A stretch of DNA of 64,000 nt from contig WREW01000002.1 in NCBI GenBank assembly GCA_009779135.1, positions 78,953 through 142,952 on the forward strand, read 5' to 3'. Shown in pieces: positions 41,512 to 52,187 of the stretch (position 1 is the stretch's first letter; each line of letters starts with the position of its first letter). Source of the DNA: Alphaproteobacteria bacterium. GTDB taxonomy: Bacteria; Pseudomonadota; Alphaproteobacteria; UBA9219. The notes below the pieces were generated by a model, which saw nothing but the letters and a program-made list of their open reading frames with translations, did not search any database and had not been told where the DNA came from. The position numbers were made by a program, and so were the translations under genes.

Positions 41512-42214
41512 CGTCTTTCTTATCCTCAAGCAGTTCGTCAAAAGATACGTCCGGTTGCTCTTCACCCTTGGAAAAATTGATGATGGTAGCGCTTGCTGTT
41601 GTCGCGGGCTCATCAAAGTTTCCGAAAAGCGCGGCGCTGTCCGGCTTGGGTTGCGCGTCTTGCGCTTTTTGCGCGGCTTTTTCTTCACGCGCGATGCGGC
41701 GGCGGGCTCTTTGCAGCGCGGCATCAAGATCAGCCTGTTTGACAAGGCCCAGAAGGACAGGATTACGCGGCTTTAAATTGTTCATATTCCAGTGCGTCTT
41801 GTCTTTGACCTTCTTGATCGTGTCTTTTGTCGTGCCTAAAAGACGCGCAACCTGCGCATCCAAAAGCTCGGGATGGGTTTTGAGCAGATAGAGAATCGCA
41901 TCCGGCTTGTCGGCGCGCTTGGAGACAGGCGTATAACGCGGCCCCTTTGTCCGCGCGTCCGGCTGAGGAAGGGACGAGCGCTGCATTTTAAGATGCCCGC
42001 GCGGCTCTTCTTCGCAACGCTTGATTTCTTCAGCCGTCAGCTGGCCGTTCATCACAGGATCCAGACCCATGATGCCGGAGGCCACTTCGCCGTCCGCTAT
42101 GGCCTGAACTTCCAGTTTATGAAGACCGCAAAAAGCGCCGATCTGCTCAAACGTCAGCGTTGTGTTTTCAACAAGCCAGACCGCTGTGGCTTTGGGCATT
42201 AAGGGAAGCGGCAT
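41495..42214 (-). CDS. DUF1013-family protein (alphaproteobacterial conserved)
   Basis: N-terminus MPLPLMPKATAVWLVENTTLTFEQIGAFCGLH matches the family I recall as DUF1013; basic/acidic C-terminal tail. Confidence 0.55.
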   Translation of the reverse strand: MPLPLMPKATAVWLVENTTLTFEQIGAFCGLHKLEVQAIADGEVASGIMGLDPVMNGQLTAEEIKRCEEEPRGHLKMQRSSLPQPDARTKGPRYTPVSKRADKPDAILYLLKTHPELLDAQVARLLGTTKDTIKKVKDKTHWNMNNLKPRNPVLLGLVKQADLDAALQRARRRIAREEKAAQKAQDAQPKPDSAALFGNFDEPATTASATIINFSKGEEQPDVSFDELLEDKKDDEIPS

Positions 42215-42577
42215 TGATATCTCCTTTGTTTTCTCTCTTGGGCAAAATGCTTTGGCATCCGAACGCCTTTTTGGGGCCTTCGGACGATCCAGAGCTTTTC
42301 ACTTGTTCTTGGATCGTACAAGGTTTGCGCCTGATCGGTTTTTCGCAAACACATGATAGGGCGCAGTTTAGCAGCTTTTGCCGCAGATTTCATCTTAAAA
42401 AGATCGCCAAATATATTGTTTAATATCAACTTGTTATAGGGCCATCTCTTTGTATTTGGCCTTTATTGCGCTGCGAGATAAGCGGAATCAAAATGGGCTT
42501 CACTCTTGCAGGTAAATGGGGCAAACTTGCATTGGTTTTGTGATTCTTTCGACTTCTGACCTTTGTCCGTGATCCTC

Positions 42578-43729
42578 ATGAAAATAGCTGTTTTAAAAGA
42601 ACGCCGTCCTTTTGAAAAACGTGTGGCCGCAACGCCTGATACCGTGAAAAAATATATTGCGGATGGCTTTGATGTTTCTGTAGAGGCGCAGGCTGGTGAG
42701 CAGGCGGGATACCCTGACAGCGCCTATCAGGCCGCCGGTGCTTTTGTTGCACCTGACGCGCAGGCTGCGATGCAGGCCGCGCAGATCGTCTTGAAAGTTC
42801 AGCGCCCCATGCTGGCATCTGAAGGAAATGATGAGTTTTCTTCCATAAAACCGGGGACGGTTCTTATCGGCATGCTCAACCCTTACGCCGCGCCGGAAGT
42901 TTTGGATCTTTACGCAGGCAAGCAGCTCACGGCCATGTCGATGGAGCTCATGCCGCGCATCACACGGGCGCAGTCGATGGATGTTCTTTCCAGCCAATCC
43001 AATCTGGTGGGTTACAAGGCTGTTTTGGATGCCGCAGACCAGTTCGGGCGCGCTTTTCCCATGATGATGACGGCGGCAGGAACCATTGCGCCCGCTCGCG
43101 TTTTTGTGATGGGGGCAGGTGTTGCAGGCTTGCAGGCGATTGCGACAGCGCGGCGGCTTGGTGCTATTGTCTCGGCCACAGATGTCCGCGCGGCGGCTAA
43201 GGAGCAAGTGCAAAGCCTCGGCGCTTCCTTCGTGATGGTGGAGAATGAGGAAAGCAAGCAAGCCGAAACCGCCGGTGGCTATGCCAAGGAGATGAGCGAA
43301 GATTACAAACGCCAGCAAGCCGCTTTGGTGGCCGAGACCATCAAAAAGCAGGACATCGTGATTACAACAGCGCTTATTCCGGGCCGCGCGGCGCCCAAGC
43401 TTATCACGGAAGAGATGCTGGCCAGCATGAAACCGGGCTCTGTTGTGGTTGATCTTGCGGTGGAGCAGGGCGGTAACTGCGCCATGAGCGAAGCGGGCAA
43501 GGTTGTGGCTTACAAAGGCGTGCGCATTGTCGGCTATCGCAATGTGCCAAGCCGTATTGCAACGGACGCTTCGGCTCTTTATGCGCGCAATATTTACAAT
43601 TTTGTTGCTCTTTTGATGGCGGAGAATGGTGCGTCTCTGTCCATTGACTGGGATGATGAGATCGTCCGCGCGGTGACGTTAAGCCATGATGGTGAGCTTG
43701 TTCACAATCAGTTTCAAAAGGCAGGTTAA
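42578..43729 (+). CDS. pntAA: NAD(P) transhydrogenase subunit alpha part 1
   Basis: alanine-dehydrogenase-like dI domain; GAGVAGLQA Rossmann motif. Confidence 0.85.
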   Translation: MKIAVLKERRPFEKRVAATPDTVKKYIADGFDVSVEAQAGEQAGYPDSAYQAAGAFVAPDAQAAMQAAQIVLKVQRPMLASEGNDEFSSIKPGTVLIGMLNPYAAPEVLDLYAGKQLTAMSMELMPRITRAQSMDVLSSQSNLVGYKAVLDAADQFGRAFPMMMTAAGTIAPARVFVMGAGVAGLQAIATARRLGAIVSATDVRAAAKEQVQSLGASFVMVENEESKQAETAGGYAKEMSEDYKRQQAALVAETIKKQDIVITTALIPGRAAPKLITEEMLASMKPGSVVVDLAVEQGGNCAMSEAGKVVAYKGVRIVGYRNVPSRIATDASALYARNIYNFVALLMAENGASLSIDWDDEIVRAVTLSHDGELVHNQFQKAG

Positions 43730-43736
43730 GGTTCCC

Positions 43737-44261
43737 ATGGATGTGACGGACGAAAAAATCTCTGAGAAAACACCCGCGCCACGCGCGCGCATCGGCGAGG
43801 TGAGCATGCCGCTTATCGCGCAATGGATTGTCAGTCTTGCGGTATGCGTGGTGTGCTGCGCCATTCTCTTTGTCGTTTTTGCCGTGTATATCGTCAATAT
43901 TCATGAGAAAATTACTGTTCTAACCCTCAAAGCCGATCTTGTGTCGGAGCGTAATATTCTGCTTCAAAACAGGCTCGCGATGATTGAGGCGGAGAAAATG
44001 ACTCTGCGGCACAAGGGCGCAGCCATGCCGACGCCGCATGCCGCGCCGCCACAGGCACCCCTTATCACGCCGCCATCTTTGGAAATGCCGCCGCCGCCTG
44101 TTGCGCCTGCGCCTTCGCTGCAGGATTCACTGCCCGGATCACTATCCGAGCCGCAGGCTCTTGATTTTTCCATTCCCATTCCGCCGCCGAGTGACGGGAT
44201 TAAAGTTCCAAGCGATCTTCCCATGATCGACGCTATTGAAACACCGCCGACCTCGGACTAA
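43737..44261 (+). CDS. hypothetical single-pass membrane protein, coiled-coil plus Pro-rich tail
   Basis: inserted between pntAA and pntAB; TM helix, predicted coiled coil, PPPPVAPAP tail. Confidence 0.45.
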   Translation: MDVTDEKISEKTPAPRARIGEVSMPLIAQWIVSLAVCVVCCAILFVVFAVYIVNIHEKITVLTLKADLVSERNILLQNRLAMIEAEKMTLRHKGAAMPTPHAAPPQAPLITPPSLEMPPPPVAPAPSLQDSLPGSLSEPQALDFSIPIPPPSDGIKVPSDLPMIDAIETPPTSD

Positions 44262-44286
44262 TAAGCCAGAAAAGCGAAGGATTCTT

Positions 44287-44700
44287 ATGGATACAACCTC
44301 TTTTGCCGCCAGCCTTGCCGCGATCGCCGCCACGCAGGAAGACATCTCTCGCCAACTATCCAAACTTGCGGAGCAGACTCAGGATCTCGCGCCCCAAACC
44401 ATTTCTATGGCTTCGGGCGGTTTTTTTATAACGGGCCTGACGATTTTCGTGCTGGCCTGCTTTGTAGGCTATTATGTCGTGTGGCGCGTGACGCCGGCTT
44501 TGCATTCGCCCTTGATGGCGGTGACCAATGCTATTTCCTCGGTGATTATTGTCGGCGCTTTGGTGGCAGCGGGGCTTAAAACGCTCTGTTTTGCTTCGTG
44601 GCTGGGGCTGGTGGCCGTCTTTTTAGCTTCGATCAATATCTTCGGCGGGTTTATCGTGACCGCGCGCATGCTTCATATGTACAAGAAAAAGGCCAAGTAA
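44287..44700 (+). CDS. pntAB: NAD(P) transhydrogenase subunit alpha part 2
   Basis: ~137 aa 4-TM dII fragment. Confidence 0.8.
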   Translation: MDTTSFAASLAAIAATQEDISRQLSKLAEQTQDLAPQTISMASGGFFITGLTIFVLACFVGYYVVWRVTPALHSPLMAVTNAISSVIIVGALVAAGLKTLCFASWLGLVAVFLASINIFGGFIVTARMLHMYKKKAK

Positions 44701-44704
44701 TCCC

Positions 44705-46102
44705 ATGACAGCTTCTTTCATCGCTATCTCTTATCTTGTTTGCGCCGTACTGTTTATTCTGGCTTTGCGCGGGCTGTCTTCGCCTGAAAGCGCGGTACAA
44801 GGCAACCGCCTTGGCATTCTTGGGATGACGCTTGCGATTATGACAACGCTGTGTCTTCCTCAGGTGGCCTCTTACGGGCTGATTGTGGCGGCGCTTTTTG
44901 CGGGTGGTGTGGTCGGCGCTTTGATTGCCAAACTCATCCGCATGACTGCGCTGCCGCAGCTTGTGGCAGGGTTTCATTCGCTTGTCGGTCTGGCGGCTGT
45001 TTTGGTTGCGGGGGCCGCGTTTTTTGAGCCTGAGGCTTTCGGCCTTGTGCATGAAGGGCGCATATCCTACGGCTCGTTGATTGAAATCAGCCTTGGCGTG
45101 GCGATCGGCGCGATTACATTTACAGGCTCCATCATTGCGTTTGGAAAGTTACAGGGGCTTATCAGCGGCTCGCCTTTGGTTTTCAAGTTTCAGCATCATG
45201 TCAATCTGCTGCTTGGCGCGTTAAGTCTTGTGATTGTTGTTGTGCTGGTGTTCAATCCTTCGCCTGCTCTCTTCTGGGGGCTTGTGTTTTTGACGGGGCT
45301 TTTGGGATTTCTTTTGATCCTTCCTATCGGCGGGGCGGATATGCCGGTTGTGATCTCGATGCTCAACAGCTATTCGGGATGGGCGGCGGCGGCGACAGGC
45401 TTTACGCTTGAAAATCCTTTGCTGATCGTTACGGGCGCTTTGGTGGGATCTTCGGGCGCTATCCTCAGCTATATTATGTGCAAGGGGATGAACCGCTCGA
45501 TCATCAATGTTATTCTCGGCGGCTTCGGCGGTGAACAAAGCGCGGGCGCGAGCAAGGCGCATGGCGACAAGCCCGTCAAGGCCGGTTCGGCTGAGGATGC
45601 GGCTTTCATCATGAAAAACGCTTCAAGCGTGATTATTGTGCCGGGCTACGGCATGGCTGTTGCACAAGCGCAGCATGCTTTGCGCGAGATGTCGGATATT
45701 CTCAAAAAACACGGCGTGCAGGTGCGTTATGCCATCCATCCTGTGGCAGGACGCATGCCGGGCCATATGAATGTGCTGCTGGCGGAAGCGAATGTTCCTT
45801 ATGATGAGGTTTTGGAGCTTGACGAAATCAACCGCGATTTCAGCAGCACGGATGTTGCTTTTGTGATCGGCGCAAATGACGTGACCAATCCTGCCGCCAA
45901 GACCGACCCTCTGTCGCCGATTTACGGCATGCCGATCTTGGATGTGGAGAAGGCGAAAACGGTTTTGTTCATCAAGCGCTCGATGGCGGCAGGCTATGCC
46001 GGAGTCGATAACGAGCTTTTCTTCCGCTCCAACACCATGATGCTTTTCGGCGATGCCAAGAAGATGTGCGAAGATATTATTAAAGCACTGGAGAATGCGT
46101 AA
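44705..46102 (+). CDS. pntB: NAD(P) transhydrogenase subunit beta
   Basis: 465 aa; membrane dII plus NADP(H)-binding dIII domain. Confidence 0.9.
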   Translation: MTASFIAISYLVCAVLFILALRGLSSPESAVQGNRLGILGMTLAIMTTLCLPQVASYGLIVAALFAGGVVGALIAKLIRMTALPQLVAGFHSLVGLAAVLVAGAAFFEPEAFGLVHEGRISYGSLIEISLGVAIGAITFTGSIIAFGKLQGLISGSPLVFKFQHHVNLLLGALSLVIVVVLVFNPSPALFWGLVFLTGLLGFLLILPIGGADMPVVISMLNSYSGWAAAATGFTLENPLLIVTGALVGSSGAILSYIMCKGMNRSIINVILGGFGGEQSAGASKAHGDKPVKAGSAEDAAFIMKNASSVIIVPGYGMAVAQAQHALREMSDILKKHGVQVRYAIHPVAGRMPGHMNVLLAEANVPYDEVLELDEINRDFSSTDVAFVIGANDVTNPAAKTDPLSPIYGMPILDVEKAKTVLFIKRSMAAGYAGVDNELFFRSNTMMLFGDAKKMCEDIIKALENA

Positions 46103-46436
46103 GAGTAGGGGCCGTTGAAGGGCGGACAGGAACGGGGATTCCTTTGTCCGTAAAGATTTTATCCCTCAGCATCACGCCGAAAATGGAATAGATGTCTTCA
46201 AGCAATAACCCTTTTCTATAGGCTTCGTCCTTAAAGTCCAGAAGTTCGTATTTTTCCAATAAAGTGCCCATGTTTTCTTTAGCAACCTTGAAAGCGGTTT
46301 GCTGAAGATCATAGGGGTGCGTTTGATTTTCTTTTTCAACCAGACGCACCAGCGCGGGGCCGTATGCTTTGAAAATAGTTTCTGCGCCTATGTTTTCGGC
46401 GATTTCTTTTCCGATGTTGGTGATGTGCATGGACAT
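46080..46436 (-). CDS. hypothetical protein
   Basis: ~118 aa; no recognised domain. Confidence 0.35.
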   Translation of the reverse strand: MSMHITNIGKEIAENIGAETIFKAYGPALVRLVEKENQTHPYDLQQTAFKVAKENMGTLLEKYELLDFKDEAYRKGLLLEDIYSIFGVMLRDKIFTDKGIPVPVRPSTAPTLTHSPVL

Positions 46437-46460
46437 GTCGCCTCCCCATCTAGCCCCTCT

Positions 46461-46561
46461 TGTCATTGCGAGGAAGGCCGCCGCAGGCGGATTGACGCGG
46501 CAATCTCTTCAACATCGCCGAGATTGCCGCGTCAGGCCTAAAGGTCTTCCTCGCAATGACA
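46461..46561. repeat. family-1 palindromic repeat, copy 4
   Basis: followed by a family-3 hairpin agctctccccctcgcgggggagggctttg at 46572..46600. Confidence 0.75.
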
Positions 46562-46605
46562 GGGTTTTTAAGCTCTCCCCCTCGCGGGGGAGGGCTTTGT
46601 TCAAA

Positions 46606-47259
46606 TTACTCTTCTACCTCTTCAGCCTTTGCCGTTTTTTTGGCGCGGGTTTTTTTTGCTTTTTTGGTTGTTTCGTCTGCGGCGGGCGGTTCAGATTCAG
46701 CTTCGCTGGGGCCAATGGCTTCGACCATGGCTTTTTCAGCTTCCGCTGTGGCTGCAACTTCGGCCTGACGGATCAGGGCTTCGCCTTTTTCGGCCTGCAA
46801 AACCGCTTCCTCGGGTGAGCGGGCGACATTGACGGTCAGTTTGATCGCCACTTCAGGATGAAGCTTGATCTTTACCGGAAAGAGCCCGAGCATTTTAATG
46901 GGCTGATCGATCTGCACCATCAGGCGCTCGATCGGGAAGCCGGCTTCTTTGGCCACTTCCGCCACATCGCGCGCGCTGACCGAGCCGTAGAGCATGCCCG
47001 TTTCACTGGCCTGACGGATGACAACCACTTTGGCCCCATCTATGGTCTGGGCGGTTTTTTCCGCTTCGGTACGCAGCGTAGCGTTCTTCGCTTCAAGCGC
47101 TTCGCGTTGTTTTTCGAAAGCTTCAAGATTGGCCTTGGTGGCGCGCAGGGCTTTTTTCTGCGGCAACAGATAATTGCGCGCAAAACCCGGGCGAACTTTC
47201 ACGGTCTGTCCCATCAGGCCCAGTTTCTCGATGCGTTCGAGCAAAATAACTTCAATCAT
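46606..47259 (-). CDS. rplI: 50S ribosomal protein L9 with Ala/Glu/Lys-rich C-terminal extension
   Basis: [14 protein letters not shown]... Confidence 0.85.
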   Translation of the reverse strand: MIEVILLERIEKLGLMGQTVKVRPGFARNYLLPQKKALRATKANLEAFEKQREALEAKNATLRTEAEKTAQTIDGAKVVVIRQASETGMLYGSVSARDVAEVAKEAGFPIERLMVQIDQPIKMLGLFPVKIKLHPEVAIKLTVNVARSPEEAVLQAEKGEALIRQAEVAATAEAEKAMVEAIGPSEAESEPPAADETTKKAKKTRAKKTAKAEEVEE

Positions 47260-47270
47260 GTTTTTCCTCC

Positions 47271-47600
47271 TCAAGCTCCGGCACGATCATTGACATAGGG
47301 CAAGAGCGCCAGAAAACGCGCGCGCTTGATCGCCTGTTTAAGTTCGCGCTGCTTTTTGTTGTTGGCGGCTGTGATGCGCGCAGGGACGATTTTGCCCCGC
47401 TCGGAAATAAAACGCATCAAAAGGCGGACATCCTTATAGTCAATTTTCGGTGCGCCCGCGCCGCTGAAAGGGCAGGTCTTACGCCGGCCAAAGAAGTGGC
47501 CGGCGCCACCGCCGCCGGAAAACGCGCCCGGTTGGGAAGATTTGCCGGTACGACGCTTTTTGCTGTCTGCGGCATCATTTTCGATTTCGTCCATGCTCAT
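47271..47600 (-). CDS. rpsR: 30S ribosomal protein S18
   Basis: CPF...[10 protein letters not shown]... Confidence 0.9.
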   Translation of the reverse strand: MSMDEIENDAADSKKRRTGKSSQPGAFSGGGGAGHFFGRRKTCPFSGAGAPKIDYKDVRLLMRFISERGKIVPARITAANNKKQRELKQAIKRARFLALLPYVNDRAGA

Positions 47601-47613
47601 AAGTCAACTCCTT

Positions 47614-48027
47614 TTATTCTGCTTCATCTGTTAAAGGCGCATCCATGCGGGGGCCACGGCCACGCGAGGGACGCTCGCTGCGGCCTTCGCGCTCGCTGTC
47701 GCGTTCTTCACGGCGCATCATGATGGAAGGGCCTTCTTCAAGAGCCTCAACCGCGACCGTCATGTAGCGCAGGATGTCTTCATTCAGGCGCATGTTGCGC
47801 TCAAGCTCCACCACCGCTGCGGGCGGGGCATCAAGATTCATCAGGACATAATGGCCCTTTTTGTTTTTCCTGATCCGGTAGGCAAGGGCGCGAAGGCCCC
47901 ATTGCTCGGTCTTGGTGACCGTGCCGCCATTTTGGCTGACGATGTCGGAAAAAGAAGCTGCGAGAGCTTCAACTTGCGTGGCCGGAATATCCTGCCTCGC
48001 AATAAAGACAGACTCATAGTATGGCAT
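47614..48027 (-). CDS. rpsF: 30S ribosomal protein S6
   Basis: MPYYESVFIARQD...; acidic C-terminal tail. Confidence 0.9.
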   Translation of the reverse strand: MPYYESVFIARQDIPATQVEALAASFSDIVSQNGGTVTKTEQWGLRALAYRIRKNKKGHYVLMNLDAPPAAVVELERNMRLNEDILRYMTVAVEALEEGPSIMMRREERDSEREGRSERPSRGRGPRMDAPLTDEAE

Positions 48028-48292
48028 AAATCCACACTCCTTTCGGGTCTATGCGACCAGCCGCTGGTTTGAGACCGTCTCAAAAACATCAGCCGCACCG
48101 GTCAAGCCGAACGTCAAGGCGTCCGGCAAGGAGGTTTACAGGCGCTTTCTTAGCTCTAAAAGGCGGGGTATGCAAGAGAAAGCTTTTATAACCCCCCTTG
48201 CAGGGGCGGGCCTATAGGAAAGCCACTTGTCCGAGGCGGCTAAAGCGGTTAAGTTGCCCGCAATTCTTGATCCTTTAACGGGAGGGGTGCCC

Positions 48293-50992
48293 ATGTCCAC
48301 ACAAACAAAATGGGTTTATTCGTTCGGAGACGGCCATGCTGAAGGGCGCGCGGATATGCGCAATCTGCTGGGCGGCAAAGGGGCCGGTCTTGCGGAAATG
48401 TGTATGCTGGGGCTGCCTGTTCCCTCGGGCTTTACTATCACAACGGACGTCTGCACCTATTTCTACGCGCATGACCGCCTTTATCCCGAAAGCTTGAAGG
48501 GTGAAGTAAATAACGCTCTTGCGGAGGTGGAAAAAGCGGTCGGCTGCGGCTTTGGCGATCCGGCCAATCCTTTGCTGCTTTCGGTGCGCTCCGGCGCGCG
48601 GGCGTCCATGCCCGGGATGATGGATACCATCCTTAATCTCGGCCTGAATAACGCGACCGTGGAAGGTCTTGCCAAAATCAGTCAGGATGCGCGTTTTGCT
48701 TATGACAGCTATCGCCGCTTTATTCAAATGTACAGCGCGGTGGTGCTTGATATTTCTCTGCACAAGTTCGAAGACATTATCGAAGACGTCAAGCGCGCGC
48801 GCGGGTTTGCGCTTGATACCGAGATGACGGCTCATGACTGGCGCGAGGTTGTCACGGCCTATCTTCAGATCGTGCAAAAAGAACGCGGCAAAGCCTTCCC
48901 GCAGGATGTTCATGAGCAGCTCTGGGGCGCCATCGGCGCGGTGTTTGGTTCTTGGATGAACCAGCGCGCGATTACTTACCGCCGCTTGAATGATATTCCT
49001 GCGGACTGGGGCACGGCTGTTAATGTTCAGGCGATGGTGTTCGGCAATAAGGGCGAGGATTGCTGCACGGGCGTTGCCTTTACGCGCAACCCTTCCACGG
49101 GTGAGAACTCTTTTTACGGCGAATATCTTGTCAATGCTCAAGGTGAAGATGTTGTTGCCGGTATTCGCACGCCCCAGCATCTGACGATCAAGGGCAAAGA
49201 GGAAAATGACTCGGATCTTCTGGCCATGGAAGAGGTGATGCCGGATGTCTTTAAACAGCTTAATGATGTGCGCTTGAAACTGGAGTCACATTACCGCGAC
49301 ATGCAGGATATTGAGTTCACCGTCCAGCACGGCAAGCTTTATATGCTGCAAACCCGCACCGGAAAACGCACGGCGATGGCGGCTTTGCGGATTGCGGTTG
49401 AAATGGTGAAAGAAGGCACAATCGGCAAGGAAGAGGCTATTAAGCGTATCGAGCCTTCTTCATTGGATCAGCTTTTGCACCCGACACTTGATCCCAAAGC
49501 TGAGCGGCAGGTGATTGCCAAGGGTCTGCCTGCTTCCCCGGGCGCGGCTTCAGGCATTGTTGTCTTTACGGCTGACGAGGCCGAGGATATGGCGGGCAAA
49601 GGCAGAAAAGTTATTCTCTGCCGCGTTGAAACAAGCCCCGAAGATATTCACGGCATGCATGCCGCGCAGGGTATCGTGACAAGTCGCGGCGGTATGACAA
49701 GTCATGCTGCTGTTGTGGCGCGCGGCATGGGGCGCGCCTGTGTCGCGGGCGCGGGCGAGCTTTCCATGGACTATGCCAAGGGCGAGATGCGCGTGAAGGA
49801 CATCATTGTTAAAGCGGGCGAGGCCATCACGATTGACGGCGCGACGGGCGAGATCATGCTGGGCGAAGTTCCTTCGGTACAGCCCGAGCTTTCCGGCGAT
49901 TTTGCGACTTTGATGCAGTGGGCCGACAGCGTGCGCACATTGAAAGTCCGCACCAATGCCGAAACGCCTTTGGATGCGCGCACAGCCGTCAAGTTCGGCG
50001 CCGAGGGCATCGGCCTTTGCCGCACGGAACACATGTTTTTTGATACAAGTCGCATCATTGCGATGCGCGAGATGATTTTGGCGGAAAACACGCAAGGGCG
50101 GCGCAAGGCTTTGGACAAGCTTTTGCCGATGCAACAAAAGGATTTTGAGGATCTCTTCACCATTATGGACGGGCTTCCTGTGACGATCCGCCTTCTGGAC
50201 CCGCCTTTGCATGAGTTCCTGCCCAAAACAAAAGCGGAAATCGAAGATGTCGCCAAATATGCCGGTGTCGATGTGGCGCAGGTTGAACGGCGCGCGGCGA
50301 TGCTGCATGAAACCAATCCCATGCTGGGGCATCGCGGATGTAGGCTCGGCATTTCTTATCCCGAGATTTCCGAGATGCAGGCGCACGCTATTTTCGGTGC
50401 CGTGATTGCCATGAAGAAACAGGGGAAAACTGTGCTTCCTGAAGTGATGATTCCTCTTGTCGCGCTGAAAAAGGAATTGGATATTCTGGCAAAAGTCGTC
50501 CACGATGCGGCGGATGCAATGATGAAGGAGTCCGGCATAAAGTTTGACTATATGGTCGGCACGATGATCGAGCTGCCGCGCGCGGCGCTGCGCGCCGGCG
50601 GGATTGCGCAGACGGCGGAGTTCTTCAGCTTCGGCACAAATGATCTGACTCAAACGACTTTCGGTTTAAGCCGCGATGACAGCGCGTCTTTCCTTCCTGA
50701 TTATTATAGAACGGGGATTATGGCGCTGGATCCGTTTGTCACCATCGACCAAGACGGCGTGGGCGAGCTTATCAAAATCGCCTCCGAACGGGGCCGCGCG
50801 ACACGCGAGGATCTCAAGCTCGGCATATGCGGCGAGCATGGCGGCGATCCGGCCTCTATCCGCTTTTGCCACAAGCTTGGTTTGAATTATGTGTCATGCT
50901 CGCCTTACCGCGTTCCTATTGCGCGTCTGGCGGCAGCGCAGGCCGCGATCGAAAATGACCGCGACGTTCAGGCGCGGCTTAACGCGGCGTAA
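48293..50992 (+). CDS. ppdK: pyruvate, phosphate dikinase
   Basis: KWVYSFGDG N-terminus; phosphohistidine domain (GGMTSHAAVVARGMG); PEP-utilising C-terminal domain. Confidence 0.9.
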   Translation: MSTQTKWVYSFGDGHAEGRADMRNLLGGKGAGLAEMCMLGLPVPSGFTITTDVCTYFYAHDRLYPESLKGEVNNALAEVEKAVGCGFGDPANPLLLSVRSGARASMPGMMDTILNLGLNNATVEGLAKISQDARFAYDSYRRFIQMYSAVVLDISLHKFEDIIEDVKRARGFALDTEMTAHDWREVVTAYLQIVQKERGKAFPQDVHEQLWGAIGAVFGSWMNQRAITYRRLNDIPADWGTAVNVQAMVFGNKGEDCCTGVAFTRNPSTGENSFYGEYLVNAQGEDVVAGIRTPQHLTIKGKEENDSDLLAMEEVMPDVFKQLNDVRLKLESHYRDMQDIEFTVQHGKLYMLQTRTGKRTAMAALRIAVEMVKEGTIGKEEAIKRIEPSSLDQLLHPTLDPKAERQVIAKGLPASPGAASGIVVFTADEAEDMAGKGRKVILCRVETSPEDIHGMHAAQGIVTSRGGMTSHAAVVARGMGRACVAGAGELSMDYAKGEMRVKDIIVKAGEAITIDGATGEIMLGEVPSVQPELSGDFATLMQWADSVRTLKVRTNAETPLDARTAVKFGAEGIGLCRTEHMFFDTSRIIAMREMILAENTQGRRKALDKLLPMQQKDFEDLFTIMDGLPVTIRLLDPPLHEFLPKTKAEIEDVAKYAGVDVAQVERRAAMLHETNPMLGHRGCRLGISYPEISEMQAHAIFGAVIAMKKQGKTVLPEVMIPLVALKKELDILAKVVHDAADAMMKESGIKFDYMVGTMIELPRAALRAGGIAQTAEFFSFGTNDLTQTTFGLSRDDSASFLPDYYRTGIMALDPFVTIDQDGVGELIKIASERGRATREDLKLGICGEHGGDPASIRFCHKLGLNYVSCSPYRVPIARLAAAQAAIENDRDVQARLNAA

Positions 50993-51985
50993 AGGCGGTT
51001 CGATAAAAATCGGGGTCTTTTATTCTTGTCTTGATTTGCTCTGGCGTCAGGCTATGTTTAAGTGCTATGGCGGTGGCCAAGCGACGGCAATCTTGATCTG
51101 AAAGGTTATTTAGGCCGCCTTTTTGAAGTTTTTTCAATATCGCTATCCCGTTGAAGATAGGGTTGTCGGCATGGATGATGGTGTTTACGTCATCGTAATT
51201 TTCCTGAAGCTTATAAAGCGTTCGCGCAACATGGGGCCAATTTTGACGTTTAATATGGGATAGAAGACTATTTGCCTCTTTCATGCTTTCATAAGTGTCG
51301 TGTTCGACAATGAATCTGCGGGGTACGCCATCATTCAGATCCGTTAAGAACGCAAGGACGTCTTCTACCAGCCTATCCGTGTTTTTGCCTAACTTCGCCA
51401 CTTTAATCATGGCATAAACATCGGCTATGTTTTCATTGAGATGTTTGCCGGCTTTTTCATTTTGATCTGTGTAGAAAAACTCATGAAACAACATATGGGG
51501 GGAGGTAGAATCGAGCAAGACAATAACATTGCTTTGATCAGCGGAAGCGTTGGGCATTTTCAATATAAGCGGGGTTTTAAAAATGCGGATAGGAAACTCG
51601 TTTCCGATTGAAGCTTGAAAAGCGCTTAAGCCCATGGACTTTGCTAGAAGTATCATGGACGCAAGTGTAGAAATCTTGTTGCGTGACATGGAAAGTTGTG
51701 CATCTTCCAAAATCCCACAAAGAAGAAAATGCTGGTCACCTGAAAGATTTGGCATTTTGCTGCCGTCAATAATGATGATCTTTTGTCTAGACGCTTTTCT
51801 ATCTCGGGTATATTCCGAAAGACTTCATTGACAGCCTTGTGCCAGTCGGATGTCGGGTTTTTCTCAGGGGACAGCGTGACATCATGAAAAGGCAGCCCCC
51901 TTCCCATAAGCGAAGGCAACCCAAATGTTACCGCCGCAGCCGCAATAACCGACCAATTTATTATCTTTTTAACGGAAGCTTTCAT
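50979..51985 (-). pseudogene. family-X paralog A, frameshifted and motif-degenerate
   Basis: signal-peptide exon (51985..~51770) and body (51755..50979) lie in different frames; 1-nt loss inside an A5 run; the HExxH equivalent is HEFFY. Confidence 0.6.
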
Positions 51986-52066
51986 GCCCGCATTGTACTT
52001 TTTTCTGCGAAGATTTCATTAGTTTTAATAGTTTCATTGTGAGTATGGTTATTTTTCCCTCTCTCT
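51986..52066 (-). promoter_or_regulatory. conserved family-X promoter module (copy for paralog A)
   Basis: GAAAAATAACCATA...GAAACTATTAAAA(C/G)TAATGAAA...; -10-like TACAAT. Confidence 0.5.
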
Positions 52067-52170
52067 TGTCATTGCGAGGAGGGCCGCCGCAGGCGGATTG
52101 ACGCGGCAATCTCGGCAACATCAAGAGCGCGATTGCCGCGTCAGGCCTTATGGCCTTCCTCGCAATGACA
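52067..52170. repeat. family-1 palindromic repeat, copy 5
   Basis: directly upstream of the paralog A promoter module. Confidence 0.75.
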
Positions 52171-52187
52171 AGTGGGGGGGGGCCGCG

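Noticed and set aside
41143-41745. 200-aa version of dgkA with a Lys/Arg-rich N-terminal extension
   Set aside because: The extension overlaps the 3' end of the upstream DUF1013 gene in another frame. The DgkA homology begins at the internal Met (~41511).
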